A DNA stretch of 64,000 nucleotides from Ignavibacteriota bacterium (GTDB lineage: Bacteria > Bacteroidota > Ignavibacteria > UBA10030 > SZUA-254): contig JANYJZ010000032.1 in NCBI GenBank assembly GCA_025358305.1, positions 26,904 to 90,903 of the forward strand. Direction: 5' to 3'. Below the pieces are notes generated by a model. It saw only the letters and a program-made list of their open reading frames with translations. It was not told the DNA's origin and did no database searches. This document shows positions 38,146 through 46,338 of the stretch, one piece after another; positions within the stretch are counted from its first letter, which is position 1; every line of letters starts with the position of its first letter. The translations under genes were made by a program, and so were the position numbers.

Positions 38146-41100
38146 TTATTCAATCTTGATGTCGAGGCCGAGGCCCATGAGTTCGCGGACGAGCACGTTG
38201 AACGATTCGGGGACGTTCGGTTCCGGCAAATTATCTCCCTTCACGATGGCTTCATAGAGCTTCGCGCGTCCGTAGACGTCGTCGCTCTTCACCGTGAGGA
38301 TCTCCTGAAGGATGTTCGCGGCGCCGTACGCCTCGAGCGCCCATACCTCCATCTCTCCGAAGCGCTGGCCGCCGAACTGGGCCTTGCCTCCGAGGGGCTG
38401 CTGCGTGATGAGGGAGTACGGTCCGATAGAACGCGCGTGGATCTTGTCGTCGACGAGGTGCGAGAGCTTCATCATATAGATCTGGCCCACCGTCACCTCC
38501 TGGTCGAAGCGTTCGCCGGAGCGGCCGTCGATGAGGATGGTCTTCGAGTTCGTGGCAAGACCCGCCTTCACCATCTCCTGCTGCACCTCCTCCCAGCTTG
38601 CGCCGTCGAAGATGGGGGTCGCGTACTTCACACCGAGCCGTTTGCCGGCCCAGCCGAGCGCCGTTTCAAAGAGCTGGCCGAGGTTCATGCGCGACGGCAC
38701 GCCCAACGGGTTGAGGACCATGTCGACCGGCGTCCCGTCGGGAAGGAACGGCATGTCCTCCTGCGGAACGATCTTCGCGACAACGCCCTTGTTGCCGTGA
38801 CGGCCGGCCATCTTGTCGCCGACGGAGAGCTTGCGCTTCTTGGCGACGTAGACCTTGGCGAGTTGCACGATCCCCGAGGGGAGTTCGTCCCCGAGGACGA
38901 TCTTCGTCTTCTCGTGCTTGTAGAACTCCTCGATGTCGTTCTGCTTCTGGAAGAAGTTCTCGAAGATGCGCATGATGAGAACGTTCTTCTTCTTGTCTTC
39001 GACCCAGTCCTGCTTGTAGTTGAGCGATTCGATGTCCGCAAGGCCGGAGAACGTCTCCTCCTTGAGCATCGTCCCGCCGCGGATGACGAGATCGCCGTCC
39101 GTGCTCCGGATGCCGGCGGACTTCTCGCCGTCGAGAAGGATGCCGAGTTTCTTCCAGAGCTTCTCGGTGTTCTCCTTCACCGACTTCTTGTGGGCGCGGT
39201 CGAGCTGCTCGGTGAGGCGCTTGTCCTCCTTCTTCGATTCCGAATCCTTCTTCTTGCGGCTGAAGAGCTTCGTGGCAATGACGATGCCCTTCATGCCCGG
39301 CGGAGCCTTGAGCGAGGCATCCTTGACGTCGCCGGCCTTTTCGCCGAAGATCGCCTTGAGGAGCTTCTCTTCGGGGGTCGACTCGGTCTCGCCCTTCGGG
39401 GTGATCTTGCCGATGAGGATGTCCCCTTCGACGACCTCTGCTCCGACGCGGATGACGCCGTTCTCGTCGAGGTCCTTCACGGCGTCCTCGCTCACGTTCG
39501 GGATCTCGCGCGTGAGCTCCTCTTCGCCGCGCTTGGTATCGCGGACCTGAAGTTCGAACTCCTCGATGTGGAGGGAGGTGAAGACGTCCTCCGCCACGGA
39601 GCGCTCGTTCACGACGATGGCGTCCTCAAAGTTGTATCCTCTCCAGGGCATGAACGCCACCAGGATGTTGCGGCCGAGGGCGAGCTCGCCCTTCTCGGTC
39701 GCGCAGCCGTCGGCGAGGATCTCGCCTTTCTTGACGCGCTGGCCCGGCTTCACGATGGCCCGCTGGTTGATGGCGGTGTCCTGGTTCGTGCGGAAGAACT
39801 TCACCAGGTGGTACTCGACGCGCTTCTTGTCCTCGAATGAGACGAGCGCCTCGGTGTTCGACTCGTCGATGTCGTAATTGACGACGATGGTGTTCGAATC
39901 GACGTAATCCACGACGCCATTGCGTTCGGCAACGATCATCGTGCGCGCGTCGCGGGCGATCTTCTCTTCGAGCCCTGTCCCCACGATGGGGGCCTGGGGC
40001 CGCAGAAGCGGCACGGCCTGGCGCTGCATGTTCGAGCCCATGAGGGCGCGGTTCGCGTCATCATGCTCGAGGAACGGGATGAGGGCCGCGGCGGCGCTGA
40101 CGATCTGCGACGGGGCGACGTCGATGTACTGCGCGTCCTCCGGCTTCACCAGCGCGTAATCGCTCTGGATGCGCGCCTTGATCTTCTCCTCGGAGAACCT
40201 TCCCTTGTCGTCGACGGCGGCGTTCGCCTGCGCGATCGTGTAAATGTCCTCTTTCTCGGCCGTCATGTACTCCAGTTCGTCGGTGACGCGGCCGTTCTTC
40301 ATCTTGCGGTACGGGGTCTCGATGAACCCGAACTCGTTGACGTGGGCATGGATGCAGAGCGACGAGATAAGGCCGATGTTCGGGCCTTCGGGGGTCTCGA
40401 TCGGGCAGAGCCGTCCGTAGTGCGTGTAGTGCACGTCGCGCACCTCGAAGCCAGCGCGTTCGCGCGTCAACCCGCCCGGTCCGAGCGCGGACATACGGCG
40501 CTTGTGGGTGATCTCCGCCAGAGGGTTGGTCTGGTCCATGAATTGCGACAGCTGGTTCGTGCCGAAGAACGCGTTGATGACGCTCGTGATCGTCCGGGCG
40601 TTGACGAGGTCCTGGGGCGTGACCTTTTCCTGGTCCCGCAAGCTCAAGCGCTCGCGGATCGTGCGGGCCATCCGAGCCAGGCCGATATTGAACTGCTGGC
40701 CGATCTGCTCGCCCACGGTTCGGACGCGCCGGTTCCCGAGGTGATCGATGTCGTCGACCGTCTTCTTCCCCTGCTGGAGGTCGATGAGATAGTTGATGAT
40801 CGCGATGATGTCTTCCTTCGTGAGCGTCGTGGTCGTCACCGGGATCGTCAAGGTGAGCTTCGCGTTCATGCGGTACCGGCCGACGTCGCCGAGGTCGTAG
40901 CGTTTCTCGTTGAAGAAGAGGCGCTCGAGGAGGTTCTTCGCCGTCTCCAGATCGGGCGCTTCCCCGGACCGGAGCTGCTGGTAGATCGCGTTGAGGGCCT
41001 CTTCGTTCGAACGCGCGGTGTCCTTCTGGATGGTGTTCGCAATGACGGAGCTCTCGCCGACGCCCTCATACTTCAGGAACCGTATCTTCTTGATCTCGGA

Positions 41101-41922
41101 CTTCTTCACCTTCTTCATGAGCTCTTCGGTGAACTCGGCATCCTTGTTGACGAACACCTCGCCCGTCTTCTTGTCGAAGACGTCCGAGCAGACGATGCGG
41201 CCGATGTAGTCCTTCATCGTCACCTTGTGCGGATCGACCTCCTCGACAAGGTTGAAGAGCTGGAGGATCTCGTCATCCGAGGAGTATCCCAGAGCTCGGA
41301 GGAGCGTCGTAACGGGGAATTTCTTCTTCCGGTCGATGTAGACGTACATGACGTTGCTGATATCGGTGGTGAACTCCACCCACGACCCCCGAAACGGTAT
41401 GACGCGCGCGGAATAGATCGACATCCCGTTGGGATGGACCGACTCGTCGAAGAAGACGCCGGGCGAGCGGTGGAGCTGGCTCACGACGACGCGCTCGGCG
41501 CCGTTGATGATGTACGTGCCGCGGTGCGTCATCATCGGGAGGTTGCCGAGGTAGACTTCCTGCTCGACCGTGTCGACGTAGCTCTTGCCGTCGTCGCTCT
41601 TCGTCGAGAGCCGGAGCTTCGCCTTCAAAGGAACGGCGTACGTCAGGCCGCGCTCCTGGCACTCGATGACGGAGTACTTCGGCTTTTCCACGTAGTACTC
41701 GACGAACTCGAGGATGTAGTTCTCACGGGCGTCCGTGATCGGGAAGTTCATCTTGAAGATCTGCTGGAGGCCGCGGTTCTCGCGCTTCTCCGGCGCGGTC
41801 GTGGCTTGGAGGAAGCTGTCCCACGATTCGATCTGGACGTTCAACAGGTCAGGATACTCAACGACCGCGGGAATGTTGCCGAAGGAGATGCGGCCGTTGG
41901 AATGATTGTTTTGCGTTTTCAA
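38146..41922 (-). CDS. rpoB: RNA polymerase beta subunit
   Basis: SQFMDQTNPL, ETPEGPNIGL, GDKMAGRHGNKG, GGQRFGEME; start placed at TTG 41922 behind AAGGGTG. Confidence 0.98.
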   Translation of the reverse strand: MKTQNNHSNGRISFGNIPAVVEYPDLLNVQIESWDSFLQATTAPEKRENRGLQQIFKMNFPITDARENYILEFVEYYVEKPKYSVIECQERGLTYAVPLKAKLRLSTKSDDGKSYVDTVEQEVYLGNLPMMTHRGTYIINGAERVVVSQLHRSPGVFFDESVHPNGMSIYSARVIPFRGSWVEFTTDISNVMYVYIDRKKKFPVTTLLRALGYSSDDEILQLFNLVEEVDPHKVTMKDYIGRIVCSDVFDKKTGEVFVNKDAEFTEELMKKVKKSEIKKIRFLKYEGVGESSVIANTIQKDTARSNEEALNAIYQQLRSGEAPDLETAKNLLERLFFNEKRYDLGDVGRYRMNAKLTLTIPVTTTTLTKEDIIAIINYLIDLQQGKKTVDDIDHLGNRRVRTVGEQIGQQFNIGLARMARTIRERLSLRDQEKVTPQDLVNARTITSVINAFFGTNQLSQFMDQTNPLAEITHKRRMSALGPGGLTRERAGFEVRDVHYTHYGRLCPIETPEGPNIGLISSLCIHAHVNEFGFIETPYRKMKNGRVTDELEYMTAEKEDIYTIAQANAAVDDKGRFSEEKIKARIQSDYALVKPEDAQYIDVAPSQIVSAAAALIPFLEHDDANRALMGSNMQRQAVPLLRPQAPIVGTGLEEKIARDARTMIVAERNGVVDYVDSNTIVVNYDIDESNTEALVSFEDKKRVEYHLVKFFRTNQDTAINQRAIVKPGQRVKKGEILADGCATEKGELALGRNILVAFMPWRGYNFEDAIVVNERSVAEDVFTSLHIEEFELQVRDTKRGEEELTREIPNVSEDAVKDLDENGVIRVGAEVVEGDILIGKITPKGETESTPEEKLLKAIFGEKAGDVKDASLKAPPGMKGIVIATKLFSRKKKDSESKKEDKRLTEQLDRAHKKSVKENTEKLWKKLGILLDGEKSAGIRSTDGDLVIRGGTMLKEETFSGLADIESLNYKQDWVEDKKKNVLIMRIFENFFQKQNDIEEFYKHEKTKIVLGDELPSGIVQLAKVYVAKKRKLSVGDKMAGRHGNKGVVAKIVPQEDMPFLPDGTPVDMVLNPLGVPSRMNLGQLFETALGWAGKRLGVKYATPIFDGASWEEVQQEMVKAGLATNSKTILIDGRSGERFDQEVTVGQIYMMKLSHLVDDKIHARSIGPYSLITQQPLGGKAQFGGQRFGEMEVWALEAYGAANILQEILTVKSDDVYGRAKLYEAIVKGDNLPEPNVPESFNVLVRELMGLGLDIKIE

Positions 41923-42046
41923 CGATATCACCCTTTTAATATTGAACACGGACCCGGGCCCGTTCGCGCGTGAGCGCTGTGCGGAAGCGGGCAACGAAAA
42001 GCGACGTTCTTGAGCTCGAACCTGAGGTGGAGTGAAGCATCCCCGA

Positions 42047-42095
42047 AGAAAACAGCAAACCGATAATCAGTGTTACCACTGATTATCGGCGCTGT
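42047..42095 (-). terminator. Attenuator/terminator hairpin between rplL and rpoB
   Basis: Perfect 13-bp stem CCGATAATCAGTG/CACTGATTATCGG (42060-42089) with a 4-nt loop and an ACAGC/GCTGT extension, followed on the minus strand by TTTGCTGTTTTCTT. Confidence 0.7.
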
Positions 42096-42207
42096 CGCTA
42101 TGGGTGTACCGTACGGAACCTCGTCATGCGCTATCGGATTACTGAAGAAATCGAGTAACGAACGCACCGGAGGCCGTCCGGTGATGAAGACGTCAGACGT
42201 CGTGAAC

Positions 42208-42591
<384 letters not shown>

Positions 42592-42642
42592 GGGTGTTCT
42601 CCTTTTGTTCTATACGTTGATGGACCGTGTGTGAAAGAGCCG

Positions 42643-43164
42643 TTAGGCTGCTTTTTGTTTTTCGATCGCGTCGATGACGCTCACCAGATCGCGCATGACC
42701 GCGTTGATCGCCCCGACGATGCCCTGAGCAGGCGCCTGGATCGTTCCCAGGATGCCGGCGATGATCTCGGACCGGGACGGAAGCTTCGCGATCTCGTCGA
42801 GACGCGAGCCGTCGAACACCTCGTGCTCGATGACGCAGACCTTCAAGGTCAGCTTCTCGTTCTTTTCGCGGAACTTCTTGATGATGCGCGCCGGGGCGAC
42901 GGGATCGTCGTACCCGAAAGCGATCGCGGTCGGTCGTTCCAGCCGGTCGAGCACTGAATCGTACCCCGTGACGCTTTCGAGGGCCTTGCGCGCGAGCGTG
43001 TTCTTGACGACCTGATAGCCGACGTTGGACTTCCGGAATTCCCGGCGGAGCTCGTTGATCTGCTCAACCGTGATGCCGGTGAAGTCCGCAAAGTACAAGC
43101 CCTTCGCGCGAGCGACCTTCTCTTTCACCTCTGCGATGATCTGTTCTTTTTCAGAACGTTTCAT
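42643..43164 (-). CDS. rplJ: 50S ribosomal protein L10
   Basis: VVKNTL, KLPSR; position between rplA and rplL. Confidence 0.96.
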   Translation of the reverse strand: MKRSEKEQIIAEVKEKVARAKGLYFADFTGITVEQINELRREFRKSNVGYQVVKNTLARKALESVTGYDSVLDRLERPTAIAFGYDDPVAPARIIKKFREKNEKLTLKVCVIEHEVFDGSRLDEIAKLPSRSEIIAGILGTIQAPAQGIVGAINAVMRDLVSVIDAIEKQKAA

Positions 43165-43266
43165 GTATTCCTCGTGATTTAGATGTGCCCTCTGAGAAGC
43201 CCCCGGACGAGCGTGCCGCCGAGGCAGAGAACGGTAATGGTTCGTGCGTGCGTAATAATCGTGTGT

Positions 43267-43962
43267 TTAGTGCGCGCCGGCCGCCGTGCGGTCGACGTGC
43301 ACGCCGGGTCCCATCGTGCTCGAAAGGCAGATGCTCTTCACGTACTGCCCTTTCGACGATGCCGGCTTGATCCTCATGACGGTGCCGAGGAACGCGTTGA
43401 TGTTGTCGACGAGCTTCGCAGCGTCGAAGTCCGCCTTGCCGACCTGGGCGTGGACGATGCCCGCTTTGTCGACCCGAAATTCGATCTTGCCCGCCTTCAC
43501 TTCTTTGACGGCCTTCGCGACGTCCGCGGTGACCGTGCCGCTCTTCGGGTTCGGCATGAGCCCGCGAGGTCCGAGGACCTTGCCGAGCTTGCCGAGTTCA
43601 CCCATGACGTCCGGCGTGGCGATGATGACGTCGATGTCCGCCCAGCCCTGCTGGATCTTCGTGAGGTAGTCCTGGAATCCGGCGTGGTCCGCTCCGGCGG
43701 CCTTCGCCTCTTCGTCCTTCGGCGGCTTCGCGATGACGAGGACCCGGACGGCCTTGCCGATGCCGTGAGGGAGCGCGACGGTGCCGCGGACGGCCTGGTC
43801 GGCCTTCTTCGGATCGACGCCCAAACGGATCGCGATGTCGACCGATTCGTTGAACTTCGCCGACGCCCCGTCCTTCACCCGGGCGACGGCTTCTTCAAGA
43901 GTGTAGAGCTTCTTCTCGTCGACCTTCTTCGAGGCCGCGGTGTATCGTTTGCTACGTGCCAT
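43267..43962 (-). CDS. rplA: 50S ribosomal protein L1
   Basis: RGTVALPHG.GK, LGPRGLMPNPK.GTV, STMGPG. Confidence 0.99.
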   Translation of the reverse strand: MARSKRYTAASKKVDEKKLYTLEEAVARVKDGASAKFNESVDIAIRLGVDPKKADQAVRGTVALPHGIGKAVRVLVIAKPPKDEEAKAAGADHAGFQDYLTKIQQGWADIDVIIATPDVMGELGKLGKVLGPRGLMPNPKSGTVTADVAKAVKEVKAGKIEFRVDKAGIVHAQVGKADFDAAKLVDNINAFLGTVMRIKPASSKGQYVKSICLSSTMGPGVHVDRTAAGAH

Positions 43963-43982
43963 GGTTCGAGTTCCTTATGAAT

Positions 43983-44037
43983 GTGGTGCAAGCGCCGGTT
44001 TTGCGAAAGGACACGCTGTCCCTCACGCGGCTCCCAC
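43983..44037 (-). promoter_or_regulatory. L1-binding autoregulatory mRNA element upstream of rplA
   Basis: Minus strand GTGG-GAG-CCG...CGG-CGC-TTGCA-CCAC, the same arrangement as the E. coli rplK L1 operator (GGG-GAG-CC...GG-CG...CCC); capped by an inner hairpin. Confidence 0.7.
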
Positions 44038-44052
44038 GGGGTTTAAAAAAAA

Positions 44053-44475
44053 TCAGTCTTCGACAGTGATGCCCATGCTGCGGGCGGTGCCGGCGATCAT
44101 CGCCATCGCCGAATCGATGTTCGCGGCGTTGAGATCAGGCATCTTCAGTTCGGCGATCTCCCGAACCTGCTGACGTGTGACCTTGCCGACCTTCGTCCGG
44201 TTCGGTTCGCCGGATCCCTTCTCGACCTTCGCGGCCTTCGCCAGAAGGACGGCCGCGGGAGGCGTCTTCGTGATGAAGGTGAACGACTTGTCCGAGAAGA
44301 CCGTGATGACGACCGGGATGATGAGGCCCTGCTTGTCCTGGGTGCGCGCGTTGAACTGCTTGCAGAACTCCATGATGTTCACGCCCTTCTGGCCCAACGC
44401 GGGGCCGATCGGAGGGGCGGGGTTCGCCTGACCCGCGGGGATCTGCAGCTTGATGAATCCGGTTACTTTCTTCAT
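44053..44475 (-). CDS. rplK: 50S ribosomal protein L11
   Basis: [29 protein letters not shown]. Confidence 0.99.
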   Translation of the reverse strand: MKKVTGFIKLQIPAGQANPAPPIGPALGQKGVNIMEFCKQFNARTQDKQGLIIPVVITVFSDKSFTFITKTPPAAVLLAKAAKVEKGSGEPNRTKVGKVTRQQVREIAELKMPDLNAANIDSAMAMIAGTARSMGITVED

Positions 44476-44501
44476 GTCTAGTCTGCCTTACGATTAAAGT
44501 G

Positions 44502-45065
44502 TTATTTTTCGAGTTCGACCTGGTTGAAGTCCAGTTCGACCGGCGTCTTGCGGCCGAAGATGCTCACCATGACTTTCAGCTTCATCTTTTCTTCGTTGAC
44601 GTCCTGGACGAAGCCGGTAAAATTGTTGAACGGGCCGTCGATGACCTTCACCGGTTCGCCGACGTGGAACGGGACCTCCATGACCTCGACGTCCTTGCGT
44701 TCCTCCATCCGGCCGATGAGGCGGCGTACTTCGTCGAACTGGAGGGGCACCGGCTCGCCGCGCGGGCCCACGAAGCTGATGACGCTCGGCGTATTGAGGA
44801 TCATGTGCTTCGTCTCCTTGTCGAGCGTCGCCTCGACGAGGATGTAGCCGGGGAAGAACGTCTTCGTGCGGCTCTTCTTCTTCCCTTCTTTCACTTCGAT
44901 GATCTTCTCGGACGGCACCATGACCGATGCGATCCGCTCTTCCCATCCGACGAGCTTCACCTCGTTCTCGAGGTGCGCCTTCACCTTGTTCTCATGACCG
45001 GAGTAGGTCCGGACGGCGTACCATCTGCGCGTTGTCGTCGGCACGGCCACAGAAGCGTTCCTCAT
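44502..45065 (-). CDS. nusG: Transcription factor NusG
   Basis: WYAVRTYSGHE, FFPGYILV, KOW GPFNNF.G, IFGRKTPVEL; ATG 45065 overlaps the secE stop. Confidence 0.97.
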   Translation of the reverse strand: MRNASVAVPTTTRRWYAVRTYSGHENKVKAHLENEVKLVGWEERIASVMVPSEKIIEVKEGKKKSRTKTFFPGYILVEATLDKETKHMILNTPSVISFVGPRGEPVPLQFDEVRRLIGRMEERKDVEVMEVPFHVGEPVKVIDGPFNNFTGFVQDVNEEKMKLKVMVSIFGRKTPVELDFNQVELEK

Positions 45066-45244
45066 TGAATGATCTTCAGGAGGTTGCTCACGACCCAGTC
45101 GGCGCCGAAGACGAACACGGCAATGACGCCGCAGACGACCAAGACGACGACCGTCGACTCGCGGAGCTCTTCCGGGCGCGGCCACGTGACCTTCTTCATC
45201 TCCTTCACCACATCGGTGAAGAAGCCAATGATCTTTTCTTTCAT
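45062..45244 (-). CDS. secE: Preprotein translocase SecE
   Basis: MKEKIIGFF...EMKKVTWP plus one TM helix. Confidence 0.96.
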   Translation of the reverse strand: MKEKIIGFFTDVVKEMKKVTWPRPEELRESTVVVLVVCGVIAVFVFGADWVVSNLLKIIQ

Positions 45245-45280
45245 TTCATGTCCTTTGAGATCTGCGATCCTACAATCCTG

Positions 45281-45354
45281 CACGTCAGGAGGGACTTGAA
45301 CCCCCAACCTGCGGTTTTGGAGACCGCTGCTCTAGCCAATTGAGCTACTGACGT
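45281..45354 (-). tRNA. tRNA-Trp(CCA)
   Basis: ACGTCAG...GCGGT CT-CCA-AA ACCGC...GGGGG TTCAAGT CCCTC CTGACGT G. Confidence 0.95.
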
Positions 45355-45362
45355 ATGCGTGA

Positions 45363-45512
45363 TTACTTCGTTTCTTTATGCGTGGTGTGCTTCGTGCACC
45401 AGGCGCAGAATTTCTTGTACTCGACCCTGCCGGTCTGCTTCTTCTTGTTCTTCGTGGTGGTGTAGTTCCGCCGTTTGCAGTCGGTGCATTCTAACGTGAT
45501 GATGTCGCGCAT
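45363..45512 (-). CDS. rpmG: 50S ribosomal protein L33 (zinc-binding type)
   Basis: Not in ORF track; read by hand as [49 protein letters not shown]; AAGGAG SD. Confidence 0.97.
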   Translation of the reverse strand: MRDIITLECTDCKRRNYTTTKNKKKQTGRVEYKKFCAWCTKHTTHKETK

Positions 45513-45551
45513 ATGTTCTTCTCCTTGACAAAATTTCCATGATCACAGCAG

Positions 45552-45624
45552 AGCTTGCGATCGGGATTGAACCGATGACCTCATCCTTACCAAGGATGTG
45601 CTCTACCAACTGAGCTACGCAAGC
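45552..45624 (-). tRNA. tRNA-Thr(GGU)
   Basis: GCTTGCG...CATCC TT-GGT-AA GGATG...TTCAAT...CGCAAGC T. Confidence 0.95.
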
Positions 45625-45649
45625 ATTGGACCCAGCACTTTCTCGAGAG

Positions 45650-45722
45650 AGCGGGAGACGGGACTCGAACCCGCGACCAACAGCTTGGAAGGCTGTGACT
45701 CTACCAACTGAGTTACTCCCGC
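45650..45722 (-). tRNA. tRNA-Gly(UCC)
   Basis: GCGGGAG...ACAGC CT-TCC-AA GCTGT...TTCGAGT...CTCCCGC T. Confidence 0.95.
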
Positions 45723-45824
45723 ATGAACTCCGGCCGAAGGAACGGAGGGCGGAACTTCACGCGCAGACAATACCGCCGACCCACCCTACGAACGCCGCAC
45801 GCGGGCGCACTTTCAAACTCTATG

Positions 45825-45907
45825 TGGGCAGGGGAGGATTTGAACCTCCGAAGGCCGAAGCCGACAGATTTACAGTCTGTTGCGTTTGACCACTTCGCTA
45901 CCTGCCC
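45825..45907 (-). tRNA. tRNA-Tyr(GUA)
   Basis: GGGCAGG...ACAGA CT-GTA-AA TCTGT, long variable arm GGCTTCGGCC, CCTGCCC A. Confidence 0.95.
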
Positions 45908-46017
45908 GCAACATGTGTAGTCTCGCTACCCCGTCACGTCTGACAAGAGCGACACCGTTTCTGCTTCGATCGTCGTCTCATCACTTGCGTCTGGCGATAG
46001 TCCTGCCAATGCCGCAG

Positions 46018-46089
46018 AGCCGATGAGAGGATTTGAACCTCCAACCAGCTGATTACAAATCAGCTGCTCTACCGTTGAGCTACATCGGC
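46018..46089 (-). tRNA. tRNA-Thr(UGU)
   Basis: GCCGATG...GCTGA TT-TGT-AA TCAGC...TTCAAAT...CATCGGC T. Confidence 0.95.
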
Positions 46090-46239
46090 GAACATACTGC
46101 AAAGACCTTCATGGCGGGCCGAAGCGCACAAAATGGCCACGTCAACGGCTAGCGCTCACCCATGGAAAGTCTTTGAAATTTCTTCAAATTCTGGGTTTTC
46201 CGTCGAATTGAGGCAGGCCTTCAATGTTTTAAGGCACAT

Positions 46240-46267
46240 AATATAACATTTTTTCGCTTAATGTCAA
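46240..46267 (-). promoter_or_regulatory. Promoter of the tRNA-rpmG-secE-nusG operon
   Basis: Minus strand TTGACA-N16-TATATT with TGn extension and an A-tract upstream. Confidence 0.8.
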
Positions 46268-46338
46268 ACAATTTTTGTGCCATGAAGCCTGTTCGGGCCT
46301 TCCAATGGGCCCCCGTTCGTTCGACCGAGGTGTCTTGG

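Noticed and set aside
45525-45530. Perfect TTGACA on the plus strand (antisense promoter to the tRNA operon)
   Set aside because: No -10-like hexamer 16-18 nt downstream; it overlaps the rpmG SD region
46090-46338. Integration site or genomic island at the tRNA cluster boundary
   Set aside because: No integrase, no duplicated tRNA 3' end seen, and the accessory genes lie at the 5' side with host-like composition
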